Assembly (NCBI GenBank): GCA_030390025.1
Contig: CM059433.1
Location: forward strand, 8,496,001-8,560,000
DNA: 64,000 nt
From: Squalus acanthias
Taxonomy: Eukaryota
Direction of reading: 5' to 3'
A program made the translations under genes and the position numbers. Below, in pieces: positions 12,256-24,744 of the stretch (positions within the stretch are counted from its first letter, which is position 1; each line of letters opens with the position of its first letter). The notes under the pieces were generated by a model that did not search any database, had not been told where the DNA came from, and saw nothing but the letters and a program-made list of their open reading frames with translations.

Positions 12256-12619
12256 TACCAAAAGCAACTCTTTGGTTGTGGATTGCTTTGTGGGATGCCC
12301 TGCGAAGAACATAAGACGTAAGATGCGGCATCGTATTAAACATCTTCGGAAAATCCATATTCACCACATCCATTGCATTCCCTTTATTTATACTGAACTC
12401 AGCCGCAGACCAAGCACAGGGGAGTTACAGCAATCACAATGCTTCGGATATTGGATCCTGAGGTTTGTAGTCGGACATTCCTTTATCTTTCAGTTCTTTT
12501 TTCCCCTCTCCCTCCCGCCCGCTGCCACCATTAGCTCAGTGGTGCTGTGCACTATTCCCAAACAAGGTCGTTGGAAAAAGCATGAAACCTCCAATAAAAC
12601 TGGCATACCCGGAGGAACA

Positions 12620-12928
12620 CGGGCAACACGGTGGCATAGTGGTTAGCACTGTTGCCTCACAGCGCCAGGGACCCGGGTTCGAATCCGGCCTCGGATGACT
12701 GTCTGTGTGGAATTTGCACATTCTCCCCGTGTCTGCGTGGGTTTCCTCCGGGTGCTCCGGTTTCCTCCCACAGTCCAAAGATGTGTGGGTTAGGATGATA
12801 AATTGACCCTTAGTGTTAGGGGGATTAAATACGTGGGGTTACGGGGATAGGGTGGGATATGTGTCAGTGCAGGCTCGATGGGCTGAAATGGCCTCTATCT
12901 GCACTGTGGGGATTCTGTGATTCTGTGA
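12620..12928 (+). mobile_element. V-SINE (HE1-like) with CR1-type 3' tail
   Basis: A box TGGCATAGTGG, B box GGTTCGAATCC, V-domain TTTGCACATTCTCCCCGTGTCTGCGTGGGTTTCCTCCGGGTGCTCCGGTTTCCTCCCAC, tail (GATTCTGT)2. Confidence 0.9.
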
Positions 12929-13721
12929 AACGCCACTTACAGATGAGGTCCCCCCCAACAGGTGGCTTGCTTCTGGACCTGTGTGAATGTGAAACTGGTA
13001 AGCAAATGCAGAAAATGCCACAAGTTTACGTGGCCGCCAGCCCTCTCTGCTTCCACGTGAAAAACTCTTTTGCCAACATCCTGGCTGAGATTAGAATCTT
13101 CTGTGGAAAATCACATGAGAAAAATATGATCCTGCTATAATTTCACACAGCAAAGTCTGTTTTTTTCCCCCAATACAATTGGTTTTAACAGGTAGTGTCG
13201 GGAGTTACGAGTCACAAACACTTACCACTCCACTGAGAAGGGTTGTTATTGATGTAACAAAAGTAAGGCGACAAATCGCCAATATCTTTCATTGCATGTA
13301 ACTATAGTGAATACTTGCTCTGGGATCAGAGCTGCTGGTAAATGCAAACACTGTAAATGTCAGTGAGTTCAATGCTGGCAAATGCAGACTTTTATAAAGA
13401 GCTGCACTAAGTACTGGCAGCAATGCTGGCTGAGTAAATACTGATGCTGAGATCAATACTGCCAAGAGCTGAACTAGTTTTCACTGGAGAAACGAGGGAG
13501 AGGGAACATGACTCCGGTTTTAAACATGCTGAGAGGCATGTACTATAGGTGGAAGCAGGCGATTTAATTTGGATTACAATCTTATAACTAGAATATACAA
13601 GTACAAAATCAACAAGCCTCAAGATGTCTTTGCCTGACTTCAGTTGCTCTTGGCTTCATTCCCCCGCTCTATTGCTGCACTTTCTCTTCCTCGTCGGTCA
13701 TTGAGGTGATTTGGGTCGTGT

Positions 13722-14325
13722 CATGTTGGCTTAGGTGGGAGCACTCTTAACCCTGAGTCAGAACATAGTCAGTTTAAGCCTCAACCCGAGACTTGAACAC
13801 GTAATCTTGATGCTTCAGTTCAGTACCATGGGAGTGCTACGTTGTCGAGGAACTTCTGCCTTTCGGGTGAAGGCCGAGGCTCCGTTTGCTTGCTCGGGTG
13901 GTCATAAAAGAATCTACAGCACTATTTCAGGAACAGCAGGGAGTTCTTGCAGTGTCCTCTTCAACATTCCTCCCTCAATCAACACCACAACAAGGATTGG
14001 TGGGACATTTATCTCAGTTGCTGTTTGTGGAATCTTGCTGTGTGCAAATTAGTTTCCTCGTTTGCCTCCATGAAAGAAAGAAATTGCATTTATATAGCAC
14101 CTTTCACAACAGCAGGATGTCCCAAAGTGCTTTACAGCCAATGAAGGTAGGCACTGCTATAATGTAGGCAACACAGCAGCCAAATTGCGCATAACAGCAA
14201 CGACATCAATGACCATAGGAACATATTAACAGTTCCTACACTTCAAAAGTAATCCTTTGGATGTGGAGACCTTTAGGAAGTCCTGAGGATATGATAAGGC
14301 ACTATATCAATGCAAGTTCTTTCTT
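13722..14325. mobile_element. Degenerate Deu-type SINE (+) interrupted by an opposite-strand SINE 3' piece (about 14072-14215)
   Basis: Recognisable head, core and tail segments of the same SINE family. Confidence 0.6.
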
Positions 14326-14803
14326 TGTTGAGTGTCCAGGAAGTGTTTGGAAACAACACAGGAACCTTCACAGTTCCAGGTGGGAGCCAGCCATCACTCA
14401 TGCTGATTGGGATACATCCCACAGATTGTTTAGCCATGTGTTTGTTGTGAGGCGGGTTTGCCTTCCACCACCCTCACTCTTGAATGAGTTCTTCTCTAGG
14501 AGTGCTGCTCCCATGGTTGTAAATGTGCCATCCAGACTTGTGGTCCCTGGGCTTGAAGTTAGCCCACTTGTTTCCATCCCTGTAGCAACATTGCTTCCAG
14601 AGTATACTGCCGCTCTCCAAAGGATGCATGGTCATGTAGCATCCTGCTTAACCATCCCATCCTCCTGGCTCTCTACCCAGCGCCATTGCACTCAAAATCA
14701 CACTTCAAAGGAGTATTTCTTCACTGAATGCAAGCCAGCATGGCAGAGTGCTCCCACATTGAGCCTCCAATGCCCAATCCTGTTTATTCAGCTGGCTGCA
14801 GCG

Positions 14804-15032
14804 TGACGTAAGAAAACTACTAGGCACTTGGTCTAAGCGTTAAACAAAGCTTTAATCAACTGTTTTACAACATGGAGATCTAGTTGTGTCCTTCACTAGT
14901 TCCTGTTAAGGAATGTCCCGAGCAAGCTGGGCCCGTGCCCGAGTATTTATACTCTCCCTGGACAGCACCACCAGCACGCCGCCCAGTATTATTTCATAAG
15001 TCATTTCCACATGAATGACAAGATTCATGTCA
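14804..15032 (-). mobile_element. Short solo LTR, same family as 59936-60151
   Basis: Ends TGAC...GTCA; flanks CAGCG/CAGCT (5-bp TSD, 1 mismatch); TATAAA and ATTAAA on the minus strand. Confidence 0.75.
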
Positions 15033-15639
15033 CAGCTTGCATGAGTTTTCCTTCCCCAGAGCATTTCATAGTGCCAGGGAACCCAAATCTTCAACTACTG
15101 AAGGCCGTGAGTTCAGGTTCCACTTCGGGATTTGCGTATATATCTAGGCTGATGCTCCAGTGCAGTACTGTGAGAATGCTGAACTGTCGGAGATGCCATT
15201 CTTCAGATGGGCTGGTAAACTGAAGCCTTGTCTGCCTCTTCCGATGGGTTAGGTGGATGTTAAAGATGAGGCGGCACTACTTCAAGGGAGAACAGGGAGT
15301 CCTGCTGGTGTCCTATCCAATAGTCCTCCCTTTAACCACCACCACCATCAAACGGGTTACTCATTTCTACTTGAGGGATACAGCTGTGCACAAAGTCGCT
15401 GTCACCTTGGCTACCGAACAACAAACACTGCCTTCAAGGTAATTCATCGTGTGAAGCACTTTGAGATATTTACGAGAAATGTGATAAGGCACGATGTAAA
15501 TGCCATTATAAAAGGGAAACCGGATGGATGATATTTTGATGCCTAATGCATTTCATATTCACAGGTGTGGAGGCCTGGTCCCTGCTGGGTGGATGATTCC
15601 CCAAATGGAGCTGTCCTGTGACTAGAGTGCTCGGAGCCA

Positions 15640-16759
15640 GGGGAGAAATTAGGTCGCGCCCCCTTTGGGGCACTAACTTCGCTACTTTTAGCGCCCCGAA
15701 AAAGTTAGTGCCCCCGCGCCCGAAATTGAATGGTAGCGCCCCAAGCAGGAGGCGGGATGCTACTGAAAGCACTCCCCCTCCTTCCTGGGGCATTCCCATT
15801 GAATATTGCAGCGCTACGTGCAACAGCGCCACGCGCGTCGGCACATAGCGCCGCGGTACTGCAGGCCTCCCTCCCCTGATTAAAGGGGAGGGGCCTAGCG
15901 CAGTGCACACCGGGGCCCTGCTGGACCACCGGGGAGTGGGGTGCAGGCAAAAGAGCCCGGCACTCAAGAGGAGCGCCAAGCTGACCGATTGCGGCCGGCA
16001 CCCCACAGGAGGAGGCGAGAGGGGGCAGGTGCTGGCTGGCACCTGCCCTTTAATTTGCGCCGCTGCGACCGCAAACACGGGACCCTGACCCTGTCGAACA
16101 TAGCGTCTGGCGGTAGGTCGGGGGGCGCAACTGAAGTTTGCGGCTGGGGCACGAGCAGGACGCTGTGCAAGGTGATGACGTCATCGCCGGAGGCTCAGCG
16201 CCGTGGGACGCTACCGGCTACCGCCGCCGCTAACCCCCTGCTGGATTTTGTGGGAGGCGTTCGCAGCGCCGCAGCCAGGCGCTAGGCGCTTTGCGCCCCG
16301 TTTGACAGCGACAACTTCAGGGGACATGTACTGAGCGGCCGGGCACTACTGTGGTGAAAATTAAAGGGGAGGTGGCTGGCTGCTGTGAAAAAAAAAATGT
16401 GTCATTTTCGTTGCCGCTCCGGTTGCGGTTTGTTGGCGGGTTCGGTGCCGCGATCGCTCTGCTCGAGTGCCGGGCTGACCACGCAGCACCCACGCTCCCC
16501 GCTGGTCCAGGTCGGTGACTTCTTCTTTGGCAGAGTATGCAGCTTGGGCCCTTCCCTTTAATTGAGGGAAGAGCCCCTCATAAGCGGCCCAGTGCGTAGC
16601 GCTGCTGAGCCGTGCGCCCCGCTCCCGCCCCAGGAAAGAAGTGGAGCGCTTGATTTAGCGCTCCACTTCCTTCTGGGGGCATAACCCGAATTTAGCGAGC
16701 GGGGTGGGACTTCCGCGCCTGTCGCAAAATGTCCCACCTCCCGGATGTTTTTTCTCCCC
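15640..16759. mobile_element. GC-rich MITE related to 5293-6185
   Basis: Left end GGGGAGAAATTAGGTCGCGCCCC matches the reverse complement of the right end of 5293-6185; right end TTTCTCCCC; no clean TSD. Confidence 0.65.
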
Positions 16760-17209
16760 TAAAAGCTTTTAAAATGCGCCCATTAGTGTCCCTGCGCCCA
16801 AAAGAACCAGCTTAACATTTAGAGCCTCCTCGAAGGCCTGCAAACGAGCGCAATTAATGGAAATTCCCAATGGTGATTAATTCATCCTGGGGGCGTGGCC
16901 AGTTTTGTGGGAGGGGCCGGCTTCTAGCGCAATGTTTATTAAACCAGCGCAAAAGATCGTAGAAACTCGAGTTGCGCTGAACGCAATTTGCGCTTAAGAT
17001 TTCACAATCATTTGCACTATCACTAGAGAGAAAGTACTAGGCAAACTAATGGGACTAAAGGTGGACAAGTCCCCTGGACCCGATGGCCTGCATCCTAGAG
17101 TCTTAAAAGAGGTGGCTGCAGAGATAGTGGATGCATTGGTTGTAATCTACCAAAATTCCCTGGATTCTGGAGAGGTCCCAGCGGACTGGAAAACCGCAAA
17201 TGTAACGCC

Positions 17210-20200
17210 TGTTGAGGCTGCCGCGAAACACGAATTAAGACTGAATCCATGTGTGGAAAACAAAGGCTTTTTAATACAACTGCAAGGTCCAAAATGGCTG
17301 AACAGCCTGCTCCCAGAATTCTCTGGAAAAACCCTGAGGCCCCGCCCACTCCTTTTCTCCTGCCTTAAAGGCAAGGTGCTCGATATATTGACCACGGACG
17401 GAAAAGTGGATAATGCCCGTTTAGGTGGCGATCCACCACACAGCTCCCCCCAGAATCCGCTTAGGAGGTGTGGACGAGACGGTGCGGCGGTCTGATGGGC
17501 CGGCCGGAGCGGCTCTTGCAGGACGTCGGTGGACGTGGAACGGCCGGGCGTGGAGCAGCCGGGTGAACCGGCTTGAGGGCAGGTCGGCCACGTGGAGGTG
17601 GACGAGCTACAGGGACCTGCTCACCGGGCTCCGAGTGTGCTGGCTTGAGTCGGTCAAACGACACTTTTTCAGTCCTGTCGCCCACTTGCAGGGTGAAAAA
17701 TTTGTCCCCAGCCTGTAGCACCTTGTAGGGCCCGTCGTACTGGGGTTGAAGGGGTCCATGGTGGGCGTCATGCCGGACGAAAACGAACCGTGCCTGGTGC
17801 AGGCTTAGTGGGACGTGTGAGGTGGATTCGCCGTGTCGGGCAATGGGCACCGGGGCGAACTGCAGCGCCGGTGAGGCGAAGTCGTGGCGTTGCTGGTCGG
17901 CTGACCAGGGTGTCGTGGCGGTGGGCAGGAACTCGCTGGGTACGCGCAGCGGCTGACCGTACACGAGCTCTGCTGCCGATGCGTGGAGGTCTTCTTTAAC
18001 CGTGGTGCGCAGGCCGAGGAGGACCCACGGAAGTCGGTCGGTCCAGGCGCCGTCCTGGAGGCTGACTCGAAGAGATGCCTTCAAGGATCTGTGGAACCGC
18101 TCACACAGTCCGTTGGCTTGGGGGTGGTGCGCTGTGGTGCGGTGAATGGTCACCCCGAGATTGCGTGCGACGGCGGTCCAGAGTTCAGAGGTAAATTGCG
18201 GACCTCTGTCCGACGTCATGTCGGAGGGGACGCCGAACCGTGCGACCCAGGTGCTGACGAAGGCTCTGGCGATGTCGGCGGTGGTGGTAGAGATCAGTGG
18301 AATTGCCTCGGGCCAGCATGTGGTGCGGTCAACGATCGTCAGCAAGTGCGTGTGGCCTTGCAACGGCGGCAGGGGCCCGACGATGTCCACGTGGATGTGG
18401 TCGAATCTCCGCGAGGGGACGGTAAACTCCTCGAGGGGTGCTTTCGTGTGTTGCTGTACCTTGGCCCGTTGGCAGGCTAGGCAGGAGTTGGCCCAAGTAC
18501 GCACATCCTTGCGAAGGTCGCGCCAGACGAAGCGGTTGGCTACCAATTTGATGGATGCGCGGGCGCCGGGGTGCGAGAGGTTGTGGAGAATGTCGAATAC
18601 CCGGCGGCGCCAGGACGCTGGGACGATGGGCCGAGGTTGACATAGGGATATGTTCGCACTTGACCGTGACTGCGTTCGGGCCACAGGCGACGTCAGCCAG
18701 GCGTAGCCCTGGTAGGTTGGTAGGTGCGGAGAGCAGATCAGGGTCGGTGATCTGGTCTGCTGCGAGTTGAGCGTAGTCGACTGCCAGGTGTGCGGCGTGG
18801 ATGGCGGGGCGGGAGAGGCAGTCGGCTACCACATTGTCTCGGCTGGAGACGTGTTGGATGTCCGTGGTGAACTCGGACACTGCCGCGAGCTGGAGCTGCT
18901 GCCTGGCGGACCAGGGGTTGGTTGTCTTTGCCATTGCGAATGTCAGGGGCTTGTGGTCGACAAACGCAGTGAAGGGGTGGCCCTCAAGCAAAAACCGGAA
19001 ATGGCGGACCGCCAGGAACAGCGCGAGGAGCTCGCGGTCGAAGGTGCTGTACTTGACCTCCAGGGGGCGTAGTTGGCGGCTGAAGAAGGCAAGTGGTTGC
19101 CAGGCGCCGTCGACCCACTTCTCATACACGGCGCCGACCGCGTGGTCGGAGGTGTCCGTGATGAGCGCTGCCCTGGCATTGGGCCGTGGGTGCGCGAGCA
19201 GGGTGGCGTTGGCGAGCGCGGTCTTGGTGGAGTCAAAGGCGGCGGACGCGTCTGCCGTCCATTCGACCGCCATCTTGCCGCTCCTGCCCCGGAGGGCTTC
19301 ATACAGGGGCCTCATGAGGGACGCCACTTTGGGGATGAAGCGGTTATAGAAATTCACCATCCCGAGGAACTCCTGGAGGCCTTTGATGGTGGTGGGGCGG
19401 GGAAATTGTTGGACGACCTGCACCTTGGTGGGCAGGGGAATGGCCCCAGCATGGGTGATGTGGTGGCTGAGGAAGTCGATCTTGTCCAGGCCGAACTGGC
19501 ATTTGGCTGGGCTGAGGATGAGCCCGTGGTCGCTGAGGCGCCCGAACAGGATGCGAAGGTGTTCCTGCTTGGCGGAACTGGCTACCAGGATGTCGTCCAG
19601 GTAGGCGAACAGGAACTTCAGGTCCCGAAGGACCGAGTCCATGAGCTGTTGGAATGCCTGGGCCGCGTTTTTGAGGCCGAAGGACATCCGCAGGAACTCG
19701 AACAGGCCGAAGGGGGTGATTACGGCCGTCTTGGGGACGTCCGCGGGGTGGACGGGGACTTGGTGGTAGCCGCGCACCAGGTCGACCTTGGAAAAGACTG
19801 AGCGGCCGGCCAGTCTAGCTGAGAAGTCCTGAATGTGCGGCACGGGGTACCGATCAGGGGTGGTGGCGTCGTTGAGGCGGCGGTAATCCCCGCAGGGGCG
19901 CCAACCTCCGCCTGGTTTGGGGGCGAGGTGGAGTGGGGAGGCCCAGGGACTGTTGGAGCGGCGGATGATGCCGAGCTGTTCCATGGTGGCAAACTCGGTC
20001 CGCGCGATCTCCAGTTTGGCCGGGTCCAGCCTGCGGGCGTGGGCGTACACTGGGGGGCCTGTGGTGGGGATGAAGTGTTCCACCCCGTGTTTGGTGGCCT
20101 CCGCGGAGAAGGTCGGATTGGTAAGGGCCGGGAATTCGGCCAGGAGTGCCGAGTAGTCATCCGTGGCCCGGGCATGGCACTGTGACGCCATGTCGGCGGG

Positions 20201-21455
20201 TTGACGGGGGGCCATGGCGCCCAGGATGGGGGACATGGTGTTCATGTCCACGAGGTGGTGACGAGGGATGTCTACCAGTAGGCCGTGGGCGCACAGGAAA
20301 TCTGCGCTGATGAGGGGGGTAGAGCACCTTGGCAGTGATGAACAGCGAGGTCGAGGGTGACTGTCCGGGTGCCGTACGTCCGGATTTCTGAGCCGTTAGC
20401 AGCAGCCAGCGCCGGTCCTCGTTCGCCCTTTTGGATGTCGAGGGAGGAGGGGATGATGCTGTGCTGAGCTCCAGTGTCGCACAGGAACCGGCGGCCGGTT
20501 TTGTCATCCGTGACGTACAGCAGGGAGCCCGCGTGGCCCACGGCCATCGCGGGGGCTGGTACGGGGGCGGACTTGAAAGAGCAGGGAGGTGTGCACCGTT
20601 GTGCCCTGGCGCCGAACAGTGCGTGGTAGTAACAGTGGCCCGGGTTAGTGGGGCGCGAAGGCCCCGTGGGCCTGGTGGCTGGTCCTTGTGACCGCGTGGT
20701 AGCCAGTGAGGGGCGCGCCTGGAGTGAGCGGACAGCAGCTTGTCGGCCTCATCGGCCAGGGCTTCCAGGTTCGTGAGGCCGGACGCCACGATCGCTGGGC
20801 GGATGCTGAGAGGGAGCTGGCGGATGAACAGTGTGCGGAAGAGGGATCCGGGTGGGCTCTTGTCAGTGAGGGAGAGCATGTGGGAGAGGAGGTCTGACGG
20901 TGAGGCATCACCGAGGCCTGGAAGGTCAAGGAGGTGGCAGTTTCGTTGATATGCCGAGGCCGTAAATTTTTTAAGGAGCGCTGCCTTGAGATGTGCATAC
21001 TTGCCTTCCTCTGGTGGGTTCTGCAGCGCTGTCCAAACCTTCGAAACTGTGGCGCTACGTGGTGATGTTTCGCAGCCGGAAGCGGGATTCAGCTTGGAGA
21101 AACCAGGCTTCGGGCTGGTTTTCCCAAAACTCCGGCAGTTTCACGGAAACTGCGTTCGTGTCCGCCATTGCAGTGCTCGGAATACGTTCTGAGCGTTGGG
21201 GTCACCAATGTTGAGGCTGCCGCGAAACGCGAATTAAGACTGAATCCATGTGTGGAAAACAAACGGCTTTTTAATACAACTGCAAGGTCCAAAATGGCTG
21301 AACAGCCTGCTCCCAGAATTCTCTGGAAAAATCCTGAGGCCCCGCCCTTCCTTTTCTCCTGCCTTAAAGGCAAGGTGCCTTAAAGGCAAGGTGCTCGATA
21401 TATTGTCCACGGACGGAAAAGTGGATAATGCCCGTTTAGGTGGCGATCCGCCACA
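17210..21455 (-). mobile_element. Ty3/Gypsy LTR retrotransposon copy 1 (CsRn1-like), defective
   Basis: LTRs 17210-17440 and 21209-21455 (TG...CA); TSD CGCC at 17206-17209 and 21456-21459; PBS 21194-21207; PPT just inside 17441. Confidence 0.97.
17461..21168 (-). pseudogene. gag-pol (Gag, PR, RT, RNase H, IN) with deletions and frameshifts
   Basis: LCDTGAQHS, YLDDILV, TDTSDHAVGAV, H-X3-H...CLAC, HVDIVGP / SDRGPQF / NGLCERFH, GPYKVL. Confidence 0.95.
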
Positions 21456-22944
21456 CGCCCCTATTTAAGAAAGGAGGGAGACAGAAAGCAGGCAACTATC
21501 GACCAGTTAGCCTAACATCTGTCATTGGGAAAATGCTGAAGTCCATCATTAAGGAAGTGGTAGCAGGACGTTTAGAAAATCATAATATAGTCAAGCTGAG
21601 TCAGCATGGTTTTATGAAAGGGGAATCATGTTTGACAAATTTGCTGGAGTTCTTTGAGGATGTAATGAGCAGGGTGGATAAAGGGGAACCAGTAGATGTC
21701 GTGTATTTGGATTTCCAGAAGGCATTCGATAAGGTGCCACATAAAAGGTTACTACACAAGGTAAGAGCTCACGGGGTTGGGGGTAATATATTAGCATGGA
21801 TAGAGGATTGGCTAACTAATAGAAAACAGAGAGTAATTTTCAGGTTGGCAAACTGTAACTAGTGGGGTGCCGCAGGGATCAGTGCTGGGGCCTCAACTAT
21901 TTACAATTTATATTAATGACTTGGATAAAGGGACTGAGTGTAATGTAGCCAAATTTGCTGATGATACAAAGATATGTGGGAAAGCAACTTGTGTGGAGGA
22001 CGCAAAGAATCTCCAAAGGGATATAGATAGGTTAAGTGAGTGGGCAAAAATCTGGCAGATGGAGTTTAATGTGGGAAAATGCGAGGTTATCCACTTTGGT
22101 AGGAAAAATAAAAAAGCAAATTATTATTTAAATGGGGAGAGATTACAAAATGCTGAGGTATAGAGGGATCTGGGGGTCCTTGTACATGAATCACACAAAT
22201 TTAGCATGCAGGTACAGCAAGTAATTAGGAAGGCAAATGAAGTGTTGGCCTTTATTGCAAAGGGAATGGAGTGTAAAAGTAGGGAAGTCCTGTTACAACT
22301 GTACAGGGCGTTGGTGAGGCCACAACTGGAGTACTGCGTACAGTTTTGGTCTCCTTATTTAAGGAAGGATATACTTGCATTGGAGGCAGTTCAGAGAAGG
22401 TTCAAGAGGTTGATTCCTGAGATGAAGGGGTTGTCTTATGAAGAAAGGTTGAGCAGGTTGGGCCTATACTCATTGGAGTTTAGAAGAATGAGAGGGGATC
22501 TTATTGAAACATACAAGATTCTGAAGGGGCTTGACAGGGTAGATGCAGAGAGGATGTTTCCCCTCGTGGGGGAATCTAGAACTAGGGGGCATAATTTCAG
22601 AATAAGGGGGCACCCTTTTAAATCGGAAATGAGGAGGAATTTCTTCTCTCAGAGGGACGTGAATCTTTGGAATTCTCTTCCCCAGAGAGCTGTGGAGGCT
22701 GGGTCATTGAATATATTTAAGGTGGAGATAGACAGATTTTTGAACGATAAGGGAGTCGAGGGCTATGGGGAGCAGGCAGGGAAGTGGAGTTGAGGCCAAG
22801 ATCAGATCAGCCATGATCTTATTGAATGGCGGAGCAGGCTCGAGGGGCCGAATGACCTACTCCTGTTCCTACGTCTTATGTTCTTATGTTACGCCAATTT
22901 CGGGTGAATTGCACTGAAACCGAGTGGAAACTCCAAGCCCATGA

Positions 22945-23455
22945 CAACTCGCTGCGTAAAAAGAATTCTCCTCATGTTGCCTCTTTTGCGAGTTACTTTA
23001 AATCTGCATCCTTTGGTTACTGACGCTCCTGCCACTGGAAACACTTTCTCCTTATTTACTCTATCAAAACCGTTCATGATTTTGAACATTCTATCAAATC
23101 GCCCCTTAACCTTCTCTGCTCTAAGGAGAACAACCCCAGCTTCTCCAGTCTCGCCACGTAACTGAAGTCCCTCATCCCCTGGCACCATTCTAGTAAATCT
23201 CCTCTGCACCCTCTCTAAGGCCTTGACATCCTTCCTAAAGTGTGGTGCCCAGAATTGAAGACAATGCTCCAGCTGGGGCCTAACCAGTGATTTATAAAGG
23301 TTTAGCAGAACTTCCTTGCTTTTGTACTCTGTGCCTCTATTATAAAGCCAAGGATCCCGTATGCTTTTTAACAGCCTTCTCAACTTGTCCTGCCACCTTC
23401 AAAGACTTGTGTACGTACACCCCCAGCTCTTCTGTTCCTGCACCCCCTTTAACAT
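22945..23455 (-). mobile_element. CR1 LINE fragment, second subfamily
   Basis: ORF 22889-23383 LYKSLVRPQLEHCLQFWAPHFRKDVKALERVQRRFTRM. Confidence 0.85.
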
Positions 23456-23942
23456 TCTACCAGTCTAAAAGAAACTTGCATTCCATGAACAGCAGCAGCC
23501 ACTGGTCACTGGCCTCTGACATCGCAGCCTTTGATCCCTGGTGCATCAGGCACTGCGAGCTGGGAGTGCCACTCAAATATTTCAATGAGTTGACCTTGCA
23601 TCACGGACCCTTTAGAATCGCGGTTCCTCGCCCTCGTGGGAGGAACGAGAACCTTCAATCAGATTTGGCACTCGTTTCTCTGGAAAAACTTTATGCTTAG
23701 CTCGATATTTGCTCTGCATTTGTGCCGGTGCATGATTCCCGCCCCCGCCTGTGTCAGTATATATAGCACCTCGACCGTTTCATAGCATTGACTTTCCAAC
23801 AGCGCCACAACAAGCAGCACTTGTTTGAGTGCGGCAGATAATTGTCCATCCATATGGCACATAATTGGCGGCAGTGAATTGGGCCGGCTCGTTCCCCTGC
23901 CCTCCCCAACAATTGTCTGAACTGCTAGTTTTGAACTACCTG

Positions 23943-24440
23943 CATGTTTCCCACATTACAACAGTGACTGCACTCCAAAAGTACTTCATTGCGTTTCAAA
24001 AGCACTTTGAGATGTCCGGTGGTCGTGAAAGGCGCTACAGAAATGCAAGTCTTTCTTTAATTTGTTTTACCCAAAGCATTGCACCCAGGCAGATATACTG
24101 AGCTGAACGGGAGGGTGTGTCCTCCTCCCAAGGCACGGGTTCTATTTTTTTTTTACTCAGTTAAGTAGGTTTTTTGTGTTTCCATCCATTTATGGCCTGA
24201 CTTTTGCGGGCTGGTAGTCCTCGGTGCCCAAGCGCACAATGTGTGCTCGTCTCATTGGCATTCTCACGGCAGCGTTCTCGTATCAATGGGGTAACATTTT
24301 TATTGCGCGCTTTCTATAGCGGAATCATAAATCCATACTATAGCAATGATTTTTATGTTGTACCACACGTAGCACGTGGACTCCCTAACCGGTGGTGGTG
24401 AAAGGCGCTATATAAATGCAAGTCTTTCTTTCTTTCTTTC
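23943..24440 (+). repeat. SINE 3' part + about 330-bp unit + second SINE tail; the unit is duplicated at 44356-45030
   Basis: Direct alignment by eye, e.g. TTTTACCCAAAGCATTGCA...GGAATCATAAATCCATACTATAGCAATGA...GGACTCCCTA. Confidence 0.85.
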
Positions 24441-24744
24441 CTTTAACCTATGACAGAAAATACAAATCTGTGTAAACTGGACATCCACTTGCTGCGTGGC
24501 ACAGATCAGTGTAGAACGAACCCATAAAAAAAACATCACATTTTTGCCTTTAACCTTAGAAATGAGAAGTTGGTGACAGCGGACAGACCCCATAATGGTC
24601 CTGGCTGGGGCACAGATGCTATAATCCATAATCCTATCCAACGTCACCCCAAAAATGATAGCGAGAACACTGCGCACTCCCACCCAATTACTACCCTCCT
24701 GCTCCAAAGCCGCCAGTGCAGCAAAGCTTCCCAGCCGTCCAGCA

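Larger units (their letters stand above)
17022..22890 (+). mobile_element. CR1 LINE 3' part, split by Gypsy element 1
   Basis: KSPGPDGLHP...WKTANVTP (17049-17209) rejoins LFKKGGRQKAGNYRPVSLTS (from 21460), then FADDTK and the C-terminus to 22793, then the tail. Confidence 0.95.

Noticed and set aside
12620..12690. tRNA gene
   Set aside because: A/B boxes run directly into a V-SINE core, so it is a SINE head. The same applies to the Deu-type SINE heads.
17425..21000. Many plus-strand and alternate-frame ORFs over the Gypsy copies (also 29475-33280)
   Set aside because: Shadow ORFs of GC-rich pol; no recognisable domain; no env or extra gene.
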